32,000 nucleotides of DNA, from positions 11,716-43,715 of the forward strand of contig JAYZQJ010000191.1 in assembly GCA_036149055.1 (NCBI GenBank). The letters are read 5' to 3'. The DNA comes from Myxococcota bacterium (GTDB lineage Bacteria > Myxococcota_A > Polyangia > Polyangiales > Sandaracinaceae). The notes beneath the pieces were generated by a model. The model saw nothing but the letters and a program-made list of their open reading frames with translations, did no database searches and was not told the origin of the DNA. Below, one piece after another: positions 26,632-32,000 of the stretch. A program made the position numbers and the translations under genes. Numbering within the stretch: position 1 is the first letter of the stretch; each line of letters opens with the position of its first letter.

Positions 26632-27303
26632 TCAGAGGGGGCAGATGATGTCTTCGCTGCGCCAGGCTCCGTCGGTGCAGGTGAGGCTCGCCTGGGTGCC
26701 GATCGAGCAGGTTCCGTAGTCGCAGACGAGGCCTTCGTCGCCGCACGCGGCGCCGGCGTTCGGGGTCTCGCGGGGGCAGCGCTCGTCGGCGGGGGCGGTC
26801 GTGCAGTCCCACATCGGGGTGCCGCCGCAGGGGCCGCCGAAGCAGTTGGTGCAGCCGCAGGCGCTGTCTCCGTACTCGCAGTACGTGCCCTCCATGCCTT
26901 CGCAGCCATCCACCGCGCCGGGCATCTCGGCCGGGCATCCGCTCCGCTCGAGCGGCGCGCAGTCCGGCATCTCCGCCGTCCAGCTCCCGTCGGTGCACGT
27001 CGCGCGGTCCCGGCAGGAGAGGCGCGGGTCGTCCCCGTAGCTGCACACCAGCCCGGGCTCGTCGCACGATCCGCCGCTCGGGAGCGACGCCGGGCAGGGG
27101 CCGCTCGGGCCCGCGTCGGTCACCACCCCGCCGTCGTCGGCGCTCCCGCCGTCCTCCGGCTCGCCCGCGTCCTCGCCGACGGTGCCCGCGTCTCGCCCGG
27201 CGTCCATCTCGGCGACGCCGCCGTCCGTCCCCGCGTCGGCCGGCGGGCTCTCACCGTCGCACCCCAACGTCAGCAGCAGCACCAGACACGCCCAAGCTCT
27301 CAT
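26632..27303 (-). CDS. Cys-rich repeat lipoprotein
   Basis: The start is at ATG 27303: MRAWACLVLLLTLG|CDG (lipobox). An acidic Gly/Asp-rich linker follows, then three Cys-rich modules of the form C..(E/D)GLVC.YG...C.DG.W....C. Confidence 0.75.
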   Translation of the reverse strand: MRAWACLVLLLTLGCDGESPPADAGTDGGVAEMDAGRDAGTVGEDAGEPEDGGSADDGGVVTDAGPSGPCPASLPSGGSCDEPGLVCSYGDDPRLSCRDRATCTDGSWTAEMPDCAPLERSGCPAEMPGAVDGCEGMEGTYCEYGDSACGCTNCFGGPCGGTPMWDCTTAPADERCPRETPNAGAACGDEGLVCDYGTCSIGTQASLTCTDGAWRSEDIICPL

Positions 27304-27379
27304 GGGGACAGGGTGCGCAATCCTCCGCTCTCGATGCAAGAGAGGCGCGGCCGTTGTACCGCGGCGCGCGCCGCACTAC

Positions 27380-28618
27380 ATGAGCCTGGTGACCGACCGA
27401 CCCTTCGACGTCGTCCTCTGGGGCGCCACCGGCTTCACCGGCCAGCTCGTCGCCGAGTACCTGGTGAAGCACCACCTCGCCGACGGGCTGAAGCTCGCCC
27501 TCGCCGGCCGCAACGAGGCCAAGCTCGCCGAGGTCCGCGCCGGGCTCGGGCCCGCGGCGAAGGACCTGCCGCTGCTGCTCGGCGACAGCTTCGACGAGGA
27601 GGCGCTCTCGTCGATCGCGCAGCGCGCGAAGGTCGTCTGCACCACCGTCGGCCCCTACGCGAAGTACGGCGAGGCGCTCGTCGACGCCTGCGTGCGCCAC
27701 GGGACGCACTACTGCGACCTCACCGGCGAGACGCCCTTCATCCGCCGCATGATCGACCGCCACCACGAGGCGGCGAAGAAGTCCGGCGCGCGCATCGTGC
27801 ACTGCTGCGGCTTCGACTCGATCCCGAGCGACCTCGGCACCTGGATGATGCAGGAGGGCATGAAGGAGCGGCACGGCGTCTACGCCAAGGAGGTCCGCTT
27901 CTACGCCGGCGAGAGCAAGGGCGGCTTCAGCGGCGGCACGCTCGCCAGCATGATGAACCTGATGAAGGAGGCGCGCCGCGATCCTTCGGTCCGCAAGATC
28001 CTCGGCCACCCCTACGCGCTCAACCCCGAGGGCGAGCGGAAGGGCCCCGACGGCTCCGACCCGATGGGCGTCGCCAAGGACCCCTACCTCGAGCTCTGGA
28101 CCGGGCCGTTCGTCATGGCCTCGATCAACACCCGGGTCGTGCGCCGCTCCCACGCGCTCCGCGGCTATCCCTGGGGCGAGGACTTCCGCTACTCCGAGCG
28201 CATGACCTTCGGCAAGGGCGCCAAGGGGCGCGTCGCCGCCACCGCGGTCGCCGGAGGCCTGGCCGCGTTCGTCGGCGCGGCGACCCTCGACGTCGGTCGC
28301 AAGGCGCTCGAGAAGATCCTCCCCTCGCCCGGCGAGGGCCCGGACGCTCAGGCGCGGCAGGAGGGCTACTTCAAGATCCGCTTCGTCGCGCTCGCGGACA
28401 CGGATCGCGGCGAGGTGGAGCTGCGAGGCCTGGTCGTCGGGCAGAACGACCCCGGCTACGGCGAGACCTCCAAGATGCTCGGCGAGAGCGCGATGTGCCT
28501 CGCCAAGGACGAGCTCGACAGCGAGCCCGGGGTGACCACCCCGTCGGTGGCCATGGGCCCGCAGCTCATCCAGCGGCTCCGCCGCGCCGGCATGACCTTC
28601 GAGGTCAGCGAGTCTTGA
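27380..28618 (+). CDS. Saccharopine dehydrogenase-like NAD(P)-binding oxidoreductase (SCCPDH / trans-acting enoyl reductase family)
   Basis: The start is at ATG 27380: MSLVTDRPFDVVLWGATGFTGQLVAEYL (Rossmann fold at the N-terminus). Family-typical motifs: VGPYAKYGE, HYCDLTGE, HCCGFDSIPSDLG. Confidence 0.85.
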   Translation: MSLVTDRPFDVVLWGATGFTGQLVAEYLVKHHLADGLKLALAGRNEAKLAEVRAGLGPAAKDLPLLLGDSFDEEALSSIAQRAKVVCTTVGPYAKYGEALVDACVRHGTHYCDLTGETPFIRRMIDRHHEAAKKSGARIVHCCGFDSIPSDLGTWMMQEGMKERHGVYAKEVRFYAGESKGGFSGGTLASMMNLMKEARRDPSVRKILGHPYALNPEGERKGPDGSDPMGVAKDPYLELWTGPFVMASINTRVVRRSHALRGYPWGEDFRYSERMTFGKGAKGRVAATAVAGGLAAFVGAATLDVGRKALEKILPSPGEGPDAQARQEGYFKIRFVALADTDRGEVELRGLVVGQNDPGYGETSKMLGESAMCLAKDELDSEPGVTTPSVAMGPQLIQRLRRAGMTFEVSES

Positions 28619-29600
28619 TGACGATCTTGCCGCGGGCCCGGCCGGTCTCGCTGTAGGCGTGGGCCTCGGCGATCTCGTCGAGCTCGAACACCCGGTCCAC
28701 CACCGGGCGGATCGCGCCGGCCTCGATGCGGCGCGTGATCTGCGCGAGGAGCGCCCCGCTGCTCTCGCGGAGCACGTGGTGCACGCCCACCCCGCGCAGC
28801 CAGCCGCGCAGGGTGATGCTCGCGAGCTGCCCGACCGCGATCGGCGCCCCGAGCACCACGCCGTACTTCTTCGTCGCCGCGGGGAAGCCGCCGATCATCG
28901 TGCTGAGGTGCCCGCCCCGCTTCAGCACCTTCAGCGAGCGGTCGCGGGTCTCGCCGCCGAGCGCGTCGAGCACGAAGTCTTGCTTCTCCAGCACCTCCTC
29001 GAAGCGCTCCTCGCGGTAGTCGACGTGGCGGTCGGCGCCGAGCGAGAGCACGAGCTGTCGGTTCCTGGCGCTGCAGGTCGTCGCGACCTCGGCCCCGAGC
29101 TCCTTCGCGAGCTGGATCGCGAAGGTCCCCACACCGCCCGAGCCCGCGTGCACGAGCGCGCGATCGCCGCGCTTGAGCCGCCCCTTCACCACCAGCGCGT
29201 CCCAGGCGGTGAGCCCCACGAGCGGGATCGACGCCGCCTCCTCGTGGGTCAGCCCGCGCGGCTTGCGCGCCACCACCCGCTCGTCGACCGCGAGCTGCTC
29301 GGCGTAGCAGCCGGGGCGCCGGTGCGTGGGTGAGCCGTAGACCGCGTCGCCCACCCGGAAGACGGTCACGTCCCGGCCCACCGCGGTCACCACGCCGCTG
29401 AAGTCCAGCCCCAGCGTCCAGGGGAGCCGGTAGTGGATGAGCGCGCGCTGGCCGCCGCTCCGGATCTTCACGTCGACCGGGTTCACGCTCGAGGCGTGCA
29501 CGTCGACGAGGAGATCGCGCGGCCCGGGCGTCGGCGCGGGGACGTCGTCGACCTGGAGGACCTCGGGCGGTCCGTAGCGATGGATGCGAGCCGCGCGCAT
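28605..29600 (-). CDS. Zinc-type alcohol dehydrogenase superfamily, NADPH:quinone oxidoreductase-like (MDR)
   Basis: The 331-aa product has YGPPEVLQVDDVPAPTPGPRDLLVDVHASSVNPVDVKIRSG and HAGSGGVGTFAIQLAK (AxxGxxG). It overlaps the previous gene convergently by 14 nt. Confidence 0.9.
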   Translation of the reverse strand: MRAARIHRYGPPEVLQVDDVPAPTPGPRDLLVDVHASSVNPVDVKIRSGGQRALIHYRLPWTLGLDFSGVVTAVGRDVTVFRVGDAVYGSPTHRRPGCYAEQLAVDERVVARKPRGLTHEEAASIPLVGLTAWDALVVKGRLKRGDRALVHAGSGGVGTFAIQLAKELGAEVATTCSARNRQLVLSLGADRHVDYREERFEEVLEKQDFVLDALGGETRDRSLKVLKRGGHLSTMIGGFPAATKKYGVVLGAPIAVGQLASITLRGWLRGVGVHHVLRESSGALLAQITRRIEAGAIRPVVDRVFELDEIAEAHAYSETGRARGKIVIKTR

Positions 29601-29692
29601 GCGGGCCGAGCCTACTCAGCGCCGCCGCCCCTCACCACGAAGAAAGCGCGTAACGGACCCGGCGGCCCCGCATACGGCACGTCGGAGACCCC

Positions 29693-30253
29693 ATGCACCT
29701 CGAGGATCGCAGCGACGAAGCGCTGATGGCGGCCTACCTGGCGGGCGACCAGGCCGCGCACCGGGCCCTCTTCGACCGGCTGGCCCCGGTCCTGACCGCG
29801 CTCATCCGCCGGCAGCTCCGGGACGAGGCCGAGGCGGAGGACGTGCTCCAGCGGACCTTCCTGGCGATGCACCGGGCCCGCCACGACTTCCGCCCCGGCG
29901 CCAGGGTGCGGCCCTGGGTCTTCACCATCGCGATGAACCTGGTCCGGGACACCTTCCGCCGCCGCAAGCGACGCCGGGAGAGCCCCCTCGAGCTCGACGG
30001 TCGCCACGATCCGGTGGTCTGGTCCCACAGCGGGCTCGAGCGGGCCGAGGAGGCGGCGCTGGTGCGCCGGGCGATCGCGAGCCTGCCCCGGGATCAGCGC
30101 CGGGCGGTCGAGCTGCACTGGCTCGAGGAGCGGCCCTTCGCCGAGATCGCCGAGCTGGTCGGCGCGAGCGTGAGCGCGGTGAAGGTGCGCGCCCACCGCG
30201 GATACAAGAAGATGAAGCGCTGGCTCGAAACCGAGACCGAGCTGCGGGCGTAG
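29693..30253 (+). CDS. ECF-type RNA polymerase sigma factor (sigma-70 family group 4)
   Basis: The 186-aa product has region 2 (DVLQRTFLAMHRARHDF...PWVFTIAMNLVRD) and region 4 (LPRDQRRAVELHWLEERPFAEIAELVGASVSAVKVRAHRG). SD GGAG lies 5 nt upstream. Confidence 0.9.
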   Translation: MHLEDRSDEALMAAYLAGDQAAHRALFDRLAPVLTALIRRQLRDEAEAEDVLQRTFLAMHRARHDFRPGARVRPWVFTIAMNLVRDTFRRRKRRRESPLELDGRHDPVVWSHSGLERAEEAALVRRAIASLPRDQRRAVELHWLEERPFAEIAELVGASVSAVKVRAHRGYKKMKRWLETETELRA

Positions 30254-30293
30254 GGAGGCCTGCGCTCCCGGCGACCGTCCGAGCGCCCACGCC

Positions 30294-30923
30294 GTGCCCG
30301 ACCCCCGAGACGATCTCTACGAGCGGATTCGCGAGGACATCGCGAGCGAGCGTGGCGCGCTCGCCTGGATCCGCGCGCGGCCGACGCCGTTGCGCGCGGC
30401 GCTGCTCGGCGCGCTCGGCTTCGGGGGCGCGGTCGCCCTCATCGCGGCCATGCGGCCGGAGTCCTTCACCCGGCCGCGCACCCTGGGCTGGGCGATCGGG
30501 CTCACCGGCGCGATCGCGATGACCGCGGTGGCGATGGCCGCGCTGCTCCGGCCGGTGCACGCCGACGGCTGGTCCCCGCTCCGCCGCCGCCTGGTCGCCG
30601 CCGCGATCGCGCTCGGCGCGCTCGGCGCGCTCACCCTCGCGGGCGACGGAAGCCTCGGCGCGCTCGGGACCGGGCACTGCCTGATGATGGGCGCGGTGGC
30701 GTCGCTCCCGACCTTCGTCGCGGCGCTCCTGCTCGATCGCCACCCTCGACGCGGCGCGCTCTTCGCCGCGCTCTCCGCCACCCTCGTCGGGGCCCTGACC
30801 CTCCAGGTGATGTGCCGCGGACGCAGCCTGCTGCACCTCGTCACCGAGCACTTCGGCGTGGTGCTCGCCGGCGGCCTCTTCTACTTCTCGGTGGCCGCGC
30901 TGCTCGCCCGCGTCCGGCGCTGA
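30294..30923 (+). CDS. Membrane anti-sigma factor, NrsF (DUF1109)-like
   Basis: It starts at GTG, 40 nt after the sigma gene. The 209-aa product has 5-6 TM segments and Cys residues in predicted loops (GTGHCLMMG, VMCRGRS). Position and architecture are typical of NrsF-type regulators. Confidence 0.65.
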   Translation: MPDPRDDLYERIREDIASERGALAWIRARPTPLRAALLGALGFGGAVALIAAMRPESFTRPRTLGWAIGLTGAIAMTAVAMAALLRPVHADGWSPLRRRLVAAAIALGALGALTLAGDGSLGALGTGHCLMMGAVASLPTFVAALLLDRHPRRGALFAALSATLVGALTLQVMCRGRSLLHLVTEHFGVVLAGGLFYFSVAALLARVRR

Positions 30924-31780
30924 TCGCGCCAGCTCCCCGACGCGATGACGGGGCCGTCTCCCAGGTACCGGTAGGTCCACGCGAGCCGGGTCCCGCCCGG
31001 GGCGCGGACGCGGGTGACGATGCGGCGATACATCGATCCCTCGCGCCCGTAGCCGAGGAAGTCCTCGACCTCGTCGAGCTCGCGCAGCGCGCGCGCGGGA
31101 TCGGCCAGGGTGATCAGCTCGCCGTGGACCTCGCCGGCGTCGCCCGGCACGAGGCCGGGGTAGGGCCCCAGGTCGACGAGGCGCCCGCGAGCCCGGGCCT
31201 CCTCCCAGGCGAGCGGCCCGTGGCGCAGGGCGATCGGCTCGCGCAGCTCCCCGCGCATGAGCGTGCCGTACACGAACACCGCGCTCGGCAGGGCCGGGGC
31301 GTCGAGGCCGCGCGCGGCGGCGAGGAGGGGGGCCTCGGGGAGGCGATGAGCCCGCAGCCCGCGCAGCACCGTCTCCACGTAGGCGTCGGTGGGCGCCACG
31401 TGCGCCGTCTCGCGCCGGGCCGGCACGACCTCGTAGGTGACGGCGCGCCGCTCGTCGCCGCCCTCGGTGATCGCGGTGACCTCCACCCGCGCGTAGAACC
31501 GGGGCGCGCCTTCCTTGTCGTCGAGCGCCGCCCAGCCCGCGTCGTCGACCTCGTAGAGCACGCCGGGCACCGACGCGCCGAGCCGCGGGCGCACGCTCAG
31601 GGCGCCGCCGCGACGCGCGGCCGAGCGGTAGTGGAAGACCAGCTCGTGGTCGGGGAGCCACGCCGCCTCGATCGCGCGGATCCCCTCGTGGCGGTGGCCG
31701 CGCTCGGCGCACCAGCGGGCGAGGTCGCGCGCGCAGAGGTTCGAGCCGTATCCGAAGTAGAGCACTCCGAAGCATGACAC
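30881..31780 (-). CDS. Tandem gamma-glutamylcyclotransferase-fold protein (GGCT-like + AIG2/GGACT-like domains)
   Basis: It starts at GTG. The N-terminal half carries YFGYGSNL and the C-terminal half carries VFVYGTLMRGE...G.L. Both are GGCT-fold signatures. Its 3' end overlaps the anti-sigma gene convergently by 43 nt. Confidence 0.8.
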   Translation of the reverse strand: MSCFGVLYFGYGSNLCARDLARWCAERGHRHEGIRAIEAAWLPDHELVFHYRSAARRGGALSVRPRLGASVPGVLYEVDDAGWAALDDKEGAPRFYARVEVTAITEGGDERRAVTYEVVPARRETAHVAPTDAYVETVLRGLRAHRLPEAPLLAAARGLDAPALPSAVFVYGTLMRGELREPIALRHGPLAWEEARARGRLVDLGPYPGLVPGDAGEVHGELITLADPARALRELDEVEDFLGYGREGSMYRRIVTRVRAPGGTRLAWTYRYLGDGPVIASGSWRDQRRTRASSAATEK

Positions 31781-31814
31781 GACCCGCGCGCCGTCACGGT
31801 GCTATGACTCTGCC

Positions 31815-32000
31815 GTGAACCGCGCGCACCCCGCTGTCCTCCTGCTCCGGCTCGCGTCCCTCACCGCGCTGGCCTTCAGCGTCACGCTCGCGATCGACTA
31901 CTACGGGCCGCGCTCCACCTTCTGCGGGCCGAGCGGCGGCTGCGCCGAGGTCCGCGCGTCGGACATCGGGATCCTGCTCGGCGACTACCTGCCGGCGCTC
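31815..32000 (+). CDS. Vitamin K epoxide reductase (VKOR) family membrane protein, N-terminal fragment (continues past window end)
   Basis: GTG 31815 opens VNRAHPAVLLLRLASLTALAFSVTLAIDYYGPRSTFCGPSGGCAEVRASDIGILLG. This gives TM1 followed by the C-x6-C...V..S loop typical of VKOR. GC3 is high and the frame is open to the edge. Confidence 0.5.
   Translation, partial: MNRAHPAVLLLRLASLTALAFSVTLAIDYYGPRSTFCGPSGGCAEVRASDIGILLGDYLPAL

Noticed and set aside
29650-29683. GTAACG...CGGCACGTC upstream of the ECF sigma gene as an autoregulated ECF promoter.
   Set aside because: The spacing to the SD and start would leave almost no leader. I cannot recall a matching consensus with confidence.

Overview
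This is a 32-kb bacterial chromosomal segment of about 72% G+C. Third-codon G+C exceeds 90% in genuine genes. Many predicted products are lipobox lipoproteins or Cys-rich secreted proteins. That pattern fits a myxobacterium-like genome, but the taxon cannot be verified here. All family calls below come from by-eye motif recognition; no database search was possible. I support 27 protein-coding genes, two of them truncated at the window edges. I found no rRNA, tRNA, CRISPR or IS element. Most of the 1000-2300-aa ORFs in the track are off-frame or antisense shadows typical of high-GC DNA. The centrepiece is an eight-gene, co-directional, tightly packed operon on the + strand (3707-19677). It encodes a mevalonate-to-sterol pathway in an unusually fused form: (1) class II HMG-CoA reductase fused to an extended SDR (HpnA/3beta-HSD-like); (2) a geranylgeranyl-reductase-family flavoprotein; (3) a squalene-epoxidase-like domain fused to an oxidosqualene cyclase (VSDCTAE active site); (4) a second, canonical squalene-epoxidase domain joined through a cyclase/prenyltransferase-type helical-repeat domain to a squalene synthase; (5) a fatty-acid-hydroxylase/sterol-desaturase-family membrane enzyme; (6) CYP51 fused to a 3Fe-4S-type ferredoxin; (7) an aldehyde dehydrogenase; (8) a GMC oxidoreductase. 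The operon is flanked by a divergently transcribed REC-EAL (c-di-GMP phosphodiesterase) response regulator and, 18 nt downstream, a hybrid histidine kinase with a membrane-embedded N-terminus. The rest of the window holds ordinary envelope and housekeeping genes: lipoproteins, an S41-like peptidase, an esterase, a POT transporter, a GreA-like factor, oxidoreductases, an ECF sigma with NrsF-like anti-sigma, a tandem GGCT-fold protein and a VKOR fragment. The fused FPP-to-protosterol enzymes are the candidate novel system, together with the non-canonical tailoring set (GGR-like, ALDH, GMC).
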